Source: Octopus sinensis
Lineage: Eukaryota
Direction of reading: 5' to 3'
Assembly (NCBI RefSeq): GCF_006345805.1
Contig: NC_043024.1
Location: 14,384,001 to 14,448,000, forward strand
DNA length: 64,000 nucleotides
Part shown: positions 1 through 13,022 of the stretch, piece after piece
Layout of the letters: each line of letters starts with the position of its first letter
Numbering within the stretch: position 1 is the stretch's first letter
Notes under the pieces: model-generated
Seen by the model: the letters and a program-made list of their open reading frames with translations, nothing else
Databases searched by the model: none
What the model was told of the DNA's origin: nothing
Made by a program: the position numbers and the translations under genes

Positions 1-23
1 AGTAATGAAAGGGTTAACTCTAT

Positions 24-192
24 AGCACCGCCTCTAGTCGAGCAAATCAACCCCGGGACTTATTCTTTGTAAGCCCAGTACTTATTCTATCGGTCTCTTT
101 TGCCGAACCACTAAGTGACGGGGACGTAAACACACCAGCATCGGTTGTCAAGCAATGCTAGGGGGACAAACACAGACACACAAACACACACA

Positions 193-231
<39 letters not shown>

Positions 232-398
232 ATATATATATACATATATATACGACAGGCTTCTTTCAGTTTCCGTCTACCAAATCCACTCACAAGGCAT
301 TGGTCGGCCCGGGGTTATAGCAGAAGACACTGTGGGACTGAACCTGGAACCATGTGGTTGGTTAGCAAGCTACTTAGCACACAGCCACTCCTGCGCCT
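24..398 (-). mobile_element. SINE family A (tRNA-derived head GGCGCAGGAGTGGCTGTGTGG, CORE-like block, (AAAGAGT)n tail)
   Basis: Match to the many other copies in the window; A/B-box-like head. Confidence 0.85.
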
Positions 399-576
399 GT
401 ATATGGAAAAGAATTGTAATAATTACGATATGTCAATCATAATCACCTAAGGGAATGACTCAAATTAACGAATCAGCGTTACTTTTGATTGCAAGTATAT
501 CAAAATGATTATGAAAATTGCTATATACTGTAAATGCTAAAGATATATACTTCTGGTTTCGTTGCAGAAAGACATG

Positions 577-1211
577 GGATCTTTTCCTTTTGAACGGCAG
601 ACAATTTCTAGTTAACTAAACACTTTAAAATTTCGTATACTGGTAGAATGTGTCAAAATAAAGCATTTTTTTCTCTTGGCTTTCTTGAGAAAATTGTAAT
701 TTGTTTGTTTAACATAGTTTAATTTTTCGAATTTTAACCAAAAATCCTATGCTCTCTTTTGAGCTAAAATCATTTGCTGCATCTAAAACTGAGACAACAT
801 CCTGTAACTAACCCTAAACCTCCCCCCTAACTCTAACCCTAATTTTTTTTTTCTTAATTGTTAAATTAATTTAATTGTTACGCATGTAAAAAAAACTAAA
901 GCAATGGAATTAAATTAATTTAACAATTCAGAAAAAAAAATTAGGGTTAGGGTTAGGGGGGAGGTTTAGGGCTAGTTACAGGATGTTGTCTCAGTTTTAG
1001 ACGCAGCAAATGATTTTAGTTGAATGGAGGTAATCGATTGGTTAAAATTGCCGAAATGCTCGGATTTTCAGATGAAATATGTTACAAACTATAGAATTTT
1101 CTCAATAAAACCAAGAGAAAAAGATCTTTTATAAACACATTCTACCAGTATACGAAGTTTAAAGGTGTTTAGTTAACTAGAAATTGTCTGCCGTTCAAAA
1201 GGAAAAGATCC
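577..1211. mobile_element. Foldback MITE with GGATCTTTTC termini and 8-bp TSD (Merlin-like; hAT not excluded)
   Basis: Largely palindromic; TSD aagacatg at 569-576 and 1212-1219; GG termini with an 8-bp TSD fit Merlin. Confidence 0.7.
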
Positions 1212-1751
1212 AAGACATGCTTTTTCGTTCTCTTGAAACAACCAAAAAGGGATTGCTTAGATCAACGAAGAAATCTGGTAAAACTGACAAAAACGTAGAA
1301 CTTGTTATTTCATAACGGTCTACTGTAATATATTCATTAAAAAGCGTAATATATTACACTAAAAGTTGAATATAGTACATTAAAGTCAGTGGCACAAGCT
1401 AGAGTTATCGTCGAAAAAGCAAGTGGTTGCAAGTCATGGTTTTATTTGCAGCCAAATGGAAGAAGCAAAAAAGAAATGTCTTTGAAAGAAAAACTTCTTC
1501 GTTCAAAAACAAGGATTTGGAATTTTATCTCTTGCAAATAAGTATCCTTTTCTTTTCTTTATTTTTTTAAAAACTTAGGTAGCATTTGAAATACGACTTC
1601 ATCTTTGTTTACTTTCTGAGAATTCTAACAATAATTTTCATTCAACTTTTATTACAACGACCACATAGCCTTCATTCTCTTTGAAAACTGGAAATCATTA
1701 CGAAAACCCCTTTCTTTTCACTACCTTTTCTTTCTTTTTTTTTCATTTTAT

Positions 1752-2118
1752 ACTCTTTTACTCTTTACTCTTTTACTTGTTTCAGTCATTTGACTGCGGC
1801 CATGCTGGAGCACCGCCAGTACTTATTCTATCGGTCTCTTTTGCCGAACCGCTAAGTGACGGGGACGTAAACACACCAACATCGGTTGTCAAGCAATGCT
1901 AGGGGGACAAACACAGACACAAACACATACACACACATATATATATATACATATATACGACGGGCTGCTTTCAGTTTCCGTCTACCAAATCCACTCACAA
2001 GGCATTGGTCGGCCCGAGGCTATAGCAGAAGACACTTGCCCAAGATGCCATGCAGTGGGACTGAACCCGGAACCATGTGGTTGATTAGCAAGCTACTTAC
2101 CACACAGCCACTCCTGCG
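1752..2118 (-). mobile_element. SINE family A
   Basis: Full-length copy. Confidence 0.85.
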
Positions 2119-2146
2119 CTCTCTAGAATTATTTGAATTATAAATC

Positions 2147-2700
2147 CTATTTAGAATTATAAATTTTCATTTTCATTTTCCTACACATCTTCATTACCTG
2201 CTCCCACACTCTCCCTCCCTCACATATATTCCTCCTTTTCCCGCTCCTCTCTTCCCCCTTATCTCTCTTTATACCTACTCTTTCCCTCTCTCTCTTCCAT
2301 ATCTTACTCTTTTTCTCATCTCTCTCTCTCTCCCTTTCATATCTTCCCCTTTTCTCACTTCTCTTTCCTTTCCATCTCACATCTTCCTCTCCTCCTGTCA
2401 CTTCACCCTCTTCCTTATATACTTCTCCTTTTCCCCCTCTTCTCATTCCGTTTCTCCCTTTCTCTCACATCCGTCATCCTTTCCTGTCTCTCCTTCACTC
2501 TGTCTCTCTTTCTCTTCCCCTCCTCTCATTCACTCCTCAACCTCCCTCTGTCTCTCTAACACCCCCTCTCTTTCCTCATATCAACCTCTCTCTTTCCTTC
2601 ATAGCACCTCTCTCTTTCCTTCATATCTCCCTCTCTCTTTCCCTATCCCCCTCTGTGTTTCTTCTTTTCTACCTCCCTCTATCTCTGTCTTCCTCTTTAT
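2147..2700. repeat. Pyrimidine-rich (CT/TTC/CCT) low-complexity tract
   Basis: Composition. Confidence 0.85.
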
Positions 2701-2709
2701 CCTCTACTC

Positions 2710-2928
2710 CAGTGCTTTTCAACCTTTTTGCTGGAGCGGAACCCCAAGGAAACATTCCACTGGCTTGAGGAACCCCTGTGCAATAATTTAATAGTCTTAT
2801 GCACACATATCTGCACAGGAGACTTAAAAGTTACTGCCGATTCTAGCAGTTTTGTAACTTCTTGCGGAACCCCTGGACTGTACTGGTGGAACCCTGAGGT
2901 TCCGCGGAACCCTGGTTGAAGACAACTG
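2710..2928. mobile_element. hAT-type MITE
   Basis: cagtgcttttcaac...gttgaagacaactg TIRs; 8-bp TSD ctctactc. Confidence 0.85.
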
Positions 2929-3371
2929 CTCTACTCCAACTCTTGGCTTTAAAAAAACGAAGATGGCACCAAAGTGAGAGAAGAAAGAATTAAATCTTCT
3001 GTTGTGAGCATGAATGATTGCTAGTGGCAATCCGCCAAACAACATCATCACTGCTGCACTGAAAAACAATGGCTTTCACAGAACCATTGATCAGATAGAG
3101 TGGAAGAAGAATTAATTCATCTGATCTTATATGTTTATGAGACCATACATTGACACCCTGGATGACAATTGAAAAACTATTGTGGCAAGGCTGATAAGGA
3201 TAGAGAAGATGAAAAGGAACCAAAACCCCGGAAGTCTGTTTGATCCAGTGGTTCCTGTGAACGACCAGGCAGAAAAGGATAGGGGAGCCAAGGAAGCAGC
3301 AACTAGAAGCCCCTCTGTGGTCCTACAAATGAACAAAGCCTTCACCCCATTGGACAACCAGAGGAAAAAAG

Positions 3372-3791
3372 GGATGTTTTCGGTTTGAAAGGCAGTTTTT
3401 TCTAGCGGTGTCATATGAAATTGTCACCCATAATTATGACCCTAGAATCGATCTATTGCATTTCAATCTGTTTTAGGGTTAGGGTTAGGGGTGGGGGGAA
3501 GGGTATCTTTTTTTTCCTTCAGAAATGTAAATAAACCCAATCTGTTTCTTAAACGGGGGACATATTCATACGGCACAGAATGTTTTCACCTCAATAGACG
3601 TCATTGATTGGTTGAAATTGCAGAAATTGAAGAAACAGAACAACAAATATCTTACAAACTATAGAATTTTCTCAAGAAAGCCAAGAGAAAAAGATGTTTT
3701 GTAAACACATTCTACCAGTATACGAAGTTTAAAAGTGTTTAGTTATGTGGAAATTATTTTTTAAAAACTGCCAGTCAAACCGAAAAGATCC
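3372..3791. mobile_element. Related MITE of the same family
   Basis: ggat(g)ttttcgg...ccgaaaagatcc; TSD gaaaaaag/gaaaaatg (7/8). Confidence 0.7.
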
Positions 3792-4028
3792 GAAAAATGT
3801 TCCCACCACAAGAAAAGGAAGGATGTAACACAAACATAAAGAAGGAAAGGAAGAAAAGGGAAAAGGCAAAAATGAAACAACCAAAACTGGTAAACGCTAT
3901 GTTATGTCAATAGTTTCAAATTAGCACAACTGAGAAAAGTTAGAGATTTCATACAAAAGAGTACAGAAAGGAGAGACGGGCTTAGATTGTGTGTATGTTT
4001 GTTTCTATACAATGATTTCTCTTGAATA

Positions 4029-4816
4029 TCTTTATATATAAAAGTGAGGTAGTGTGCTGTCTGTCTCCTACGATTTAGATTCCTAACTACTCCCACATTT
4101 TGCGGTGCAGTTTAACCAAAACCGGGTATCTTATAGTCGTGATTCATATCGAGCCCTTCTGAGTATTAGCGCGCGTCTACGATGAGTCTACGATTTAAAA
4201 AATAATTTACCATCATCATTTTTTTCCATTTTAATGCATTTTTTCGCTATTATATAAGGGAAGTAACTCTCTAAAAATGTCTACGATGAGTCAACGATTA
4301 AAAAAAAATTTACCATAATTTTTTTTCCATTTTTAATGCATTTTTTTGCTAATTTTTGGCTATAACTCTAAAAATGCTTATATAGTTATTTCCCTTACAA
4401 ACCTGAGCAACGCCGCGATACTGCTAGTCTTTATATATAAAAGTGAGGTTGTGTGCTGTCTGTCTCCTACGATTTAGATTCCTAACACTCCCACATTTTG
4501 TGGTGCAGTTGAACCAAAACCGGGTATTTATAGTCGTGATTCATATCGAGCCCTTCTGGGTTAGCGCACGTCTACGATGAGTCTACGATTTAAAAATAAT
4601 TTACCATCAATTTTTCCCATTTTTATGCATTTTTGGCATATATAAGGGAAGTAACTCTCTAAAAATTATTATTAAATCTCAGAACGTAAAAATCTACAGT
4701 TACACCCCACCTTTCTGGTTAGCCATATTGAGATGGCTATTATACTTTACATCTCTAAAAATGCTTATATAGTTATTTCCCTTACAAACCCGAGCAACGC
4801 CGGGCGATACTGCTAG
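4029..4816 (+). mobile_element. Two head-to-tail non-autonomous Helitrons (4029-4427, 4428-4816)
   Basis: 5' TC, 3' gagcaacgccgggcgatactgCTAG; A|T insertion without TSD; CTAG|TC junction. Confidence 0.8.
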
Positions 4817-4853
4817 TAATATATATTACAATTTCTCTATTCTGAAATTTCAG

Positions 4854-4895
4854 CATCACCTACAGCACTTCCATACTCTGCATCTATACCGACAG
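4854..4895 (+). CDS. Microexon 1 (42 nt, phase 1-1) of mucin-like S/T/P stalk: (A)SPTALPYSASIPT
   Basis: tttcAG|CATCACC...CCGACAG|GTcagt; homologous to 16 other copies; first residue in brackets assumes a G from the preceding exon. Confidence 0.85.
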
Positions 4896-5183
4896 GTCAG
4901 TGAATATATTTATGTAATATAAATTTATGTTTATTTTGTCAATCAAGATATATCATCATCATCATTTAGTGTCTGTTTTCCATGAAGGCCTGTGTTAGAC
5001 AATTTGACTGAAACTGGTAAGCTGGGGAGGTGCAGCAATTTCCAAATGAATTTTGGCATTGTTGCTATGACTGGATGTCCTTCCTAATGCCCCCTCTCCA
5101 AGAGTATAATGGGTGTCTTTTACATGCCATTGGCATGGATGATTTCACTTGGCCTGACAAGTGTTCTCAGGGATGGCATATAG

Positions 5184-5538
5184 CCGGGTTCAGTCCCACT
5201 GCGTGGCACCTTGGGCAATTGTCTTCTGCCATAGCCTCGAGCTGACCAAAGTCTTGTGAGTGGATTTGGTAGACGGAAACTGAAAGAAGCCCGTCGTATA
5301 TATGTATATATATGTGTATTTGTGCATGTATGTTTGTGTGTCTGTGTTTGTCCCATCCAACATCGCTTGACAACCGATGCTGGTGTGTTTATGTCCCCGT
5401 CACTAAGCGGTTCAGGAAAAGAGACCGATAGAATAAGTACTGGGCTTACAAAGAATAAGTCCCGGGGTCGAGTTGCTCGATTAAAAGCGGTGCTCCAGCA
5501 TGGCCGCAGTCAAATGACTGAAACAAGTAAAAGAGAAA
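5184..5538 (+). mobile_element. SINE family A, 5'-truncated
   Basis: Homology to family. Confidence 0.85.
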
Positions 5539-5751
5539 GAGAAACAAATAGCCAAAGATCTTGGTCACTTGTCATTACCTTTAGGGTCAACGATCATGCC
5601 TTACCACCTCCCCCCATGTCTTCCTGCATTGACCTCTTGCGCAAGTTCACTCCGCATATAGAAATCCACACTTCTTTACACAGTTATCCTTATTCGTATG
5701 CATCACAGGACCATAGCACCACAGCTGCCTCTGTTACACATCACATCCAAC

Positions 5752-6167
5752 GGTGGCGAGCTGGCAGAATCGTTAGCATGCCAGGTGAAATGTGTAGCCG
5801 TATTCCGTCTGCCGTTTACGTTCTGGGTTCAAATTCCGCCGAGGGCCACTTTGCCTTTCATCCTTTCGGGGTTGATAAATTAAGTACCAGTGACACACTG
5901 CGGTCGATGTAATCGACTTAATCCGTTTGTCTGTCCTTGTTTGTCCCCTCTGTGTTTAGCCCCTTGTGGGTAGTAAAGAAATAGGTATTTTGTCTGCTGT
6001 TACGTTCTGAGTTCAAATTCTGCTAAGGTCCACTTTGCCTTTCATCCTTTTGGGGTCGATAAATTAAGTAACAGTTACACAGTGGGGTCGATGTAATCGA
6101 CTTAATCCGTTTGTCTGTCCTTGTTTGTCCTCTCTGTGTTTAGCCCCTTGTGGGTAGTAAAGAAATA
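5752..6167 (+). mobile_element. SINE family B (Meta-domain-like gcctttcatcctttcggggtcgataaa...agtacc), dimeric body
   Basis: One head plus two bodies within a 16-bp TSD acacatcacatccaac (5736-5751, 6169-6184). Confidence 0.85.
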
Positions 6168-6545
6168 TACACATCACATCCAACGTCTCTTATGTCAAAC
6201 TTTTCTCTCAAGATGCTTACGCACCGTTCTACATGCACAATGACGTTACACATCCAGCAAAGAATACTAGCTTCATTTCTTTCAAGTCTACACATACCCT
6301 CAGTGGTAACAGCCCTTGTTTCACTATTGTGTAGCACATGCACTGCCCTGTAGCATAGCTATGTGCGTCTAGGCATCATGCAGTTCACCTTTCACTCTGA
6401 AGAAGAGGCTCTTTGTTGCGAGCAGAGGTAAGCGCTAGCTGGACTCTGCCCAGCCTATTCTTATTCTCCCAGTTATGCTCTTAATGCATCCACGTCCATT
6501 ACTAACTTGGTCACCTAGATAATGGAAGCTATCTACTACATCTAG

Positions 6546-8178
6546 GTGGTGAGCTGGCAGAAACGTTAGCACGTCGGGCGAAATGCGTCGCTGTATTTCG
6601 TCTGCTGTTACGTTCTGAGTTCAAATTCTGCCGAGGTCGACTTTGCCTTTCATCCTTTCGGGGTCGATAAATTAAGTACCAGTTACGGACTGGGGTCGAT
6701 ATAATCGACTTAATCCGTTTGTCTGTCCTTGTTTGTCCCCTCTGTGTTTAGCCCCTTGTGGGTAGTAAAGAAATAGGTACTTCGCCTGTCTGAGTTCAAA
6801 TTCTGCCGAGGTCGACTTTGCCTTTCATCCTTTCGGGGTCGATAAATTAAGTACCAGTTACGGACTGGGGTCGATATAATCGACTTAATCCGTTTGTCTG
6901 TCCTTGTTTGTCCCCTCTGTGTTTAGCCCCTTGTGGGTAGTAAAGAAATAGGTACTTCGCCTGTCTGAGTTCAAATTCTGCCGAGGTCGACTTTGCCTTT
7001 CATCCTTTCGGGGTCGATAAATTAAGTACCAGTTACGGACTGGGGTCGATATAATCGACTTAATCCGTTTGTCTGTCCTTGTTTGTCCCCTCTGTGTTTA
7101 GCCCCTTGTGTGGGTAGTAAAGAAATAGGTACTTCGCCTGTCTGAGTTCAAATTCTGCCGAGGTCGACTTTGCCTTTCATCCTTCGGGGTCGATAAATTA
7201 AGTACCAGTTACGGACTGGGGTCGATATAATCGACTTAATCCGTTTGTCTGTCCTTGTTTGTCCCCTCTGTGTTTAGCCCCTTGTGGGTAGTAAAGAAAT
7301 AGGTACTTCGCCTGTCTGAGTTCAAATTCTGCCGAGGTCGACTTTGCCTTTCATCCTTTCGGGGTCGATAAATTAAGTACCAGTTACGCACTGGGGTCGA
7401 TATAATCGACTTAATCAGTTTGTCTGTCCTTGTTTGTCCCCTCTGTGTTTAGCCCCTTGTGGGTAGTAAAGAAATAGGTACTTCGCCTGTCTGAGTTCAA
7501 ATTCTGCCGAGGTCGACTTTGCCTTTCATCCTTTTGGGGTCGAAAATTAAGTACCAGTTACGGACTGGGGTCGATATAATCGACTTAATCCGTTTGTCTG
7601 TCCTTGTTTGTCCCCTCTGTGTTTAGCCCCTTGTGGGTAGTAAAGAAATAGGTACTTCGCCTGTCTGAGTTCAAATTCTGCCGAGGTCGACTTTGCCTTT
7701 CATCCTTTCGGGGTCGATAAATTAAGTACCAGTTACGGACTGGGGTCGATATAATCGACTTAATCCGTTTGTCTGTCCTTGTTTGTCCCCTCTGTGTTTA
7801 GCCCCTTGTGGGTAGTAGTAAAGAAATAGGTACTTCGCCTGTCTGAGTTCAAATTCTGCCGAGGTCGACTTTGCCTTTCATCCTTTCGGGGTCGATAAAT
7901 TAAGTACCAGTTACGCACTGGGGTCGATATAATCGACTTAATCAGTTTGTCTGTCCTTGTTTGTCCCCTCTGTGTTTAGCCCCTTGTGGGTAGTAAAGAA
8001 ATAGGTACTTCGCCTGTCTGAGTTCAAATTCTGCCGAGGTCGACTTTGCCTTTCATCCTTTCGGGGTCGATAAATTAAGTACCAGTTACGCACTGGGGTC
8101 GATGTAATCGACTTAATCCGTTTGTCTGTCCTTGTTTGTCCCCTCTGTGTTTAGCCCCTTGTGGGTAGTAAAGAAATA
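6546..8178 (+). repeat. SINE family B concatemer: one head plus nine ~175-bp bodies
   Basis: Eight repeats of the junction aaataggtacttcgcctgtctgagttc; single 16-bp TSD tatctactacatctag (6530-6545, 8179-8194). Confidence 0.92.
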
Positions 8179-8459
8179 TATCTACTACATCTAGCTTACC
8201 CCACTGGCAGTTGATGGGATATATTTTCTGTACATTTTCACTGTTTACTGTATCTATGTACCCACAGATATCATACAGTCACCCTTTCACTCGAGGGAGA
8301 GGGAGAGGTTTTGTTGCCTGGAGAGGCAAGAGCCCTCTGAACTTTGGCCAGCCTATTCTTATTCTCGCTCTTACACTTTCATTGTATCCATGGTCACCTG
8401 GATAACAGTAACTATCTATTACCTCTAGCTTGCAACAGTGTCAGCTCATACTCTCTCTT

Positions 8460-8862
8460 ACTCTATCTTTTACTCTTTTACTTGTTTCAGTCATTTGACT
8501 GCGGCCATGCTGGAGCACCACCTTTAGTCAAGCAAATCAACCCTGGGACTTATTCTTTGGAAGCCCAGTACTTATTCTATCGGTCTCTTTTGCTGAACCG
8601 CTAAGTGACGGGGACGTAAACACACCAGCATCAGTTGTCAAGCAATGCTAGGGGGACAAACACAGACACACACACGCATACATATATATATACATATATA
8701 CGACGGGCTTCTTTCAGTTTCTGTCTACCAAATCCACTTACAAGGCTTTGGTTGGCCCGGAGCTATAGCTGAAGACACTTGCACAAGAATGCCACGCAGT
8801 GGGACTGAACCTGGAACCATGTGGCTGGTAAGCAAACTACTTACCACACAGCCACTCCTGCG
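8460..8862 (-). mobile_element. SINE family A
   Basis: Homology to family. Confidence 0.85.
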
Positions 8863-9202
8863 CACTGTCTTGTGCACTGTCTTGTAGTATGGTTGTTGGA
8901 ACACAGGCATTATACTGTCTACCTTTCACTCTGCGGGAGAGGTTCTTTGTTGCCAGCAGAGGTAAGAGCTCTCAGAAAATAACCCAGCCTATTCTTATAC
9001 ACCTCCTCTCTAACTCATGACAGCATGGAAAGTGGGCATTAAATGAAGATGATGATGATGATATATAAATATATGTTCATGGGTATATATATATATATAT
9101 AACGGGAAGCTTTATGAAAATAAACAAAAGACGAAGGCAGGTGGAGTACACACAAACAATTGTATTAGTATGGCACTCAGGAATATAAATAAAATGAAAC
9201 AA

Positions 9203-9241
9203 GTCTTTTACGTTTCGAGCCTACGCTCTTCGACAGAAAGA
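9203..9241 (-). ncRNA. Minimal type-I hammerhead-like motif in a ~200-bp repeat (other copies 15301-15337 +, 16620-16658 -, 42400-42438 +, 47852-47889 +, 51419-51456 +, 53158-53196 +)
   Basis: TCTTT-CTGTCGA-A-GAGC gtag GCTC-GAAAC-GTA-AAAGA; stems I and II pair; core position 6 is non-canonical. Confidence 0.5.
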
Positions 9242-10131
9242 TACACAGAAAAGAAACACGGAGAGAAACAAGGAGAGAAAAAAAATGCGTGCAGAAGCTA
9301 GCGATTCAACATGATATATATATATATATATATATTATATAATTAGGGCTTAGTAAAATAAATTACTTTGCCACATACTGAACTTAGTAGAAATAGCAGC
9401 CAAAAAAAATTTTCTTAGCATTTCTACTACTTAAAGAAAATTTCTCTCAGATAATGCTTACTCCAGACAGCCCACGAAGGTTTGGAGGTAAATACAGAAA
9501 AATATCACAAGTACATAGATCGTTTGAGTACGTCAACGTTTCAAGATTAGCCAAATAAAATCAGCATTTCTATCGTCAGCTCAAAATTTCTTAATTGGAT
9601 TTGGAAACACTAAAAAGAAGGAACTTTACCTATCAGCGAACTTATCGCTTCAGATGAACCACTCCGACTAACAGTGTCAACAAATTCAAAATGCGCAGGC
9701 GTAAATTTCTTCAATCCCCTTCCACCCACGTGGTCTATCTAGCAAACATTATATTTTAACCGCGAGAACCGAGGCAGTATGACCGAGAGAAATGAATTAT
9801 AATATCAACAATTGAGGGTTGATATATATCAATTGTTGATATATATATATATATATATTTATATTTGTATGCATAGACATAGAAGTATGTATGTAAAATG
9901 ACAATATAAGACAATATTAGACTTTCGTGAGCAACAAAAGCCTAAAATATTTTAGCCAGAAAATCTTGAATGGAAGCTATTTTAAAAGGCAAATTCTATG
10001 CCATGCCATTACTTTGAAATTTCTACAAGTGAGAAATGTTTGAGATTTCATGCAAAAGAGTCAAGAAAGGGGAGATGTGCTTAGATTGTGTATCTGTGTG
10101 TATAAAATGATTTCTCTTCAATATAATATAT

Positions 10132-10355
10132 ATTGCAGTGTGGAAGGTGTTTGTAAGCCATTTAAGAAACACACAAAAGCCGTTCGATTCACTTCAACAT
10201 TTAAGTTTAATTTGTCAAAATATTTTCGTCGCTGAAATCCACGACCTGTTCACTGACAAAAATCCGTGCTGCATCTGAGAAAGTAACAGTTAGTTCGTCA
10301 TATATATGTACGTATATATTCTTAAATGGCTTATAAACACCTTCCATGCTGCAAT
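10132..10355. mobile_element. MITE-like element with ~37-bp inverted repeats
   Basis: attgcagtgtggaaggtgtttgtaagccatttaagaa / ttcttaaatggcttataaacaccttccatgctgcaat. Confidence 0.6.
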
Positions 10356-10418
10356 TGTTTTCGTTCCAGCACACGATCTCAGATCAAATCACTTGCTATG
10401 TGAGTACATCTCCGTAAA

Positions 10419-10821
10419 TCTTTATATATAAAAGTGAAGTTGTGTGTCTGTCTCCTACGATTTAGATTCCTAACTACTCCCACATTTTGCGGAGCAGTTT
10501 AACCAAAAGTGGGTATCATATAGTCGTGATTCATATCGAGCCCTTCTGGGTATTAGCACGCGTCTATGATGAGTCTACGATTTAAAAAAAAAATTTACCA
10601 TCATCATTTTTTTCCATTTTAATGCATTTTTTCGCTATTATATAAGGGAAGTAACTCTCTAAAAATGTCTACGATGAGTCAACGATATTTTTAAAAAATT
10701 ACCATCATTTTTTTTTTCATTTTTAATGCATTTTTTTGCTATTTTTTGGCTATAACTCTCTAAAAATGCTTATATAGTTATTTCCCTTACAAACCTGAGC
10801 AACGCCGGGCGATACTGCTAG
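10419..10821 (+). mobile_element. Non-autonomous Helitron, same family
   Basis: TCtttatatataaaagtg...gcaacgccgggcgatactgCTAG. Confidence 0.8.
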
Positions 10822-10859
10822 TATATATATATTACAATTTCTCTTTTCTGAAATTTCAG

Positions 10860-10901
10860 GATCTCCAACAACATTTGCTTACTCTGCATCAATACCAACA
10901 G
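10860..10901 (+). CDS. Microexon 2 (42 nt): (G)SPTTFAYSASIPT
   Basis: tttcAG|GATCTCC...CCAACAG|GTtagt. Confidence 0.8.
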
Positions 10902-11053
10902 GTTAGTGAGTATATTTATGTAATATAAACTTGTGTTTATTTTGTAAATCAAGCTATATCATAATTGTGATCATCATCATGACCATCATCATTATTTAGT
11001 GACTGCTTTCCATGCTGACATGGGTTAGGTCACCCGGGGCAGATTTTTTTAAA

Positions 11054-11283
11054 GGCGGTGAGCTGGCAGAAACGTTAGCACGCCGGGCGAAATGCTTAGC
11101 AGTATTTCGTCTGCGTTACATTGTGTGTTCAAATTCCGCCGAGGTCGACTTTGCCTTTCATCCTTTCGGGGTCGATAAATTAAGTACCAGTTACGCACTG
11201 GGGTCAATGTAATCGACTTAATACCTATGTCTGTCCTTGTTTGTCCCCTCTGTGTTTAGCCCCTTGTGGGTAATAAAGAAATA
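11054..11283 (+). mobile_element. SINE family B monomer
   Basis: Homology to family. Confidence 0.85.
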
Positions 11284-11436
11284 GATATTTTAACTGAAAC
11301 TGGTAAGCCGGAGAGGTGCAGTAAGTTCCAGTTGGATTTGGCATGGTTTCTATTGCTGGATGCCCTTCCTAATGCCAGCCACTACAATTTCACTTTCCTT
11401 GACGCGTCCTCTCAAAGATGCCATATCACCAAAGGT

Positions 11437-11856
11437 GGAAGCACTCCGTCGGTTACGACGATGAGGGTTCCGGTTGTTCCGATAACCAGAACAGCCTGCT
11501 CATGAAATTAACGTGTAAGTGGCTGAGCACTCCACAGACACGTGTACCCTTAACGTAGTTCTCGGGGATATTCAGCGTGACACAGAGAGTGACAAGGCCG
11601 GACCTTTGAAATACAGGTACAACAGAAACAGGAAGTAAGAGTGAGAGAAAGTTGTGGTGAAAGAGTACAGCAGGGATCACCACCATCCCCTGCTGGAGCC
11701 TCGTGGAGCTTTAGGTGTTTTCAGTCAATAAACACTCACAACGCCCGGTCTGGGAATCGAAAACGCCAACCCAAGACCACGAGTCCGCTGCCCTAACCAC
11801 TGGGCCATTGCACCTCCACTGGGCCATTGCGCCTCCACTGGGCCATTGCGCCTCCA
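11437..11856 (-). mobile_element. SINE family C (tRNA-like head GTGGAGGCGCAATGGCCCAGTGGTTAG), head triplicated as a 20-bp repeat
   Basis: Homology to 21210-21593; ccactgggccattgc(g/a)cct x3. Confidence 0.8.
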
Positions 11857-12579
11857 AAGGTATCGGTCACTTGTCATTGCCTCTGTGAAACCCAATGTTC
11901 AACAATCATGCTTCCGCACCTCCTCCCATGTCTTCCTGGATCTAGCTCTTCCACAGTTTCCCCACCCCCCCAGGGTTAGAGATCCACAATTCTTGACACA
12001 GCTGTCCTCATCCGTATGCATCACAGGACCAGACCAGCACAGTCGTCTCTGTTACACACCACATACAATGTCCCTTATGCCCAACTCTTGTCTCAAGATG
12101 TTTACACCCTATTGTACATGCACACTGACATTGCATATCCAGCAAAGCATACAAGCTTAATTTCATTCATGCCTACACCTGTGTCCTCACTGGTCTCACT
12201 CCATGTTTCACTGCCGTGTAGCATGTATTATGCCCTGTGGCTTGGCCGTATGCATGCAGGTATCATGCAGTCTGCCTTTCATTCTGAAGGTTTGTTGCCA
12301 ACAGAGGCTAGATCTCTTTCAACTTTGCCCAGCCTATTTTTATTCTTGCAAAAGTTTATGCTCTGAGAGTATCCATCTCCACTACTAAATTGGTCCCCTA
12401 GATATCAGAATCTATCTACTACCTCTAGCTTACCCAACTGGCAGTTGAGGGAAGACAATCGGAGGTTTATGCATATCAACAGGTTTAATAAATATATTCA
12501 ACTTACACCACTTCTCTAACCCTTGTGAGTGTAGAAAGTGGACATTAAATGAAGATGGTGTATATATATATATATATAT

Positions 12580-12988
12580 ACTCTTTTACTTGTTTCAGTC
12601 ATTTGACTGTGGTCATGCTGGAGCACCACCTTTAGTCAAGCAAATCGATCCCAGGACTTTACTTATTCTATTGTTCTCTTTTGCCGAACAGTTAAGTTAT
12701 GGGGACCTAAACACACCAGCATCAGTTGTCAAGCAATGTTGGGGGGGGGGCAATACAGACACACAAACATACACACACACACACACACACATATATATAT
12801 GTCAGGCTTCTTTCAGTTTCCGTCTACCAAATCCACTCACAAGGCTTTGATTAGCCCAAGGCTATAGTAGAAGACACTTGCCCAAGGTGCCACACAATGG
12901 GACTGAACCCAGAACAATGTGGTTCGTAAGCAAGCTACTTACCACACACCCACTCCTATATATATATATATATATATACATCATCTTC

Positions 12989-13022
<34 letters not shown>

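Noticed and set aside
941-972. Interstitial telomere
   Set aside because: Only about 3 TTAGGG units, internal to a MITE and mirrored on its other arm.
2147-2446. 99-aa R/E/K-rich ORF on the minus strand
   Set aside because: Translation of a purine-rich low-complexity tract.
2940-3360. Coding-looking segment between two MITEs
   Set aside because: Short overlapping ORFs with stops, no splice signals or motif I can recognise; possibly a decayed LINE, but unsupported.
5256-5912. 218-aa ORF, one of the longest in the track
   Set aside because: Runs across SINE A, an antisense RTE remnant and SINE B; chance open frame.
6546-8178. CRISPR-like or rDNA-like tandem array
   Set aside because: No unique spacers; units are SINE bodies within a TSD in a eukaryotic intron.
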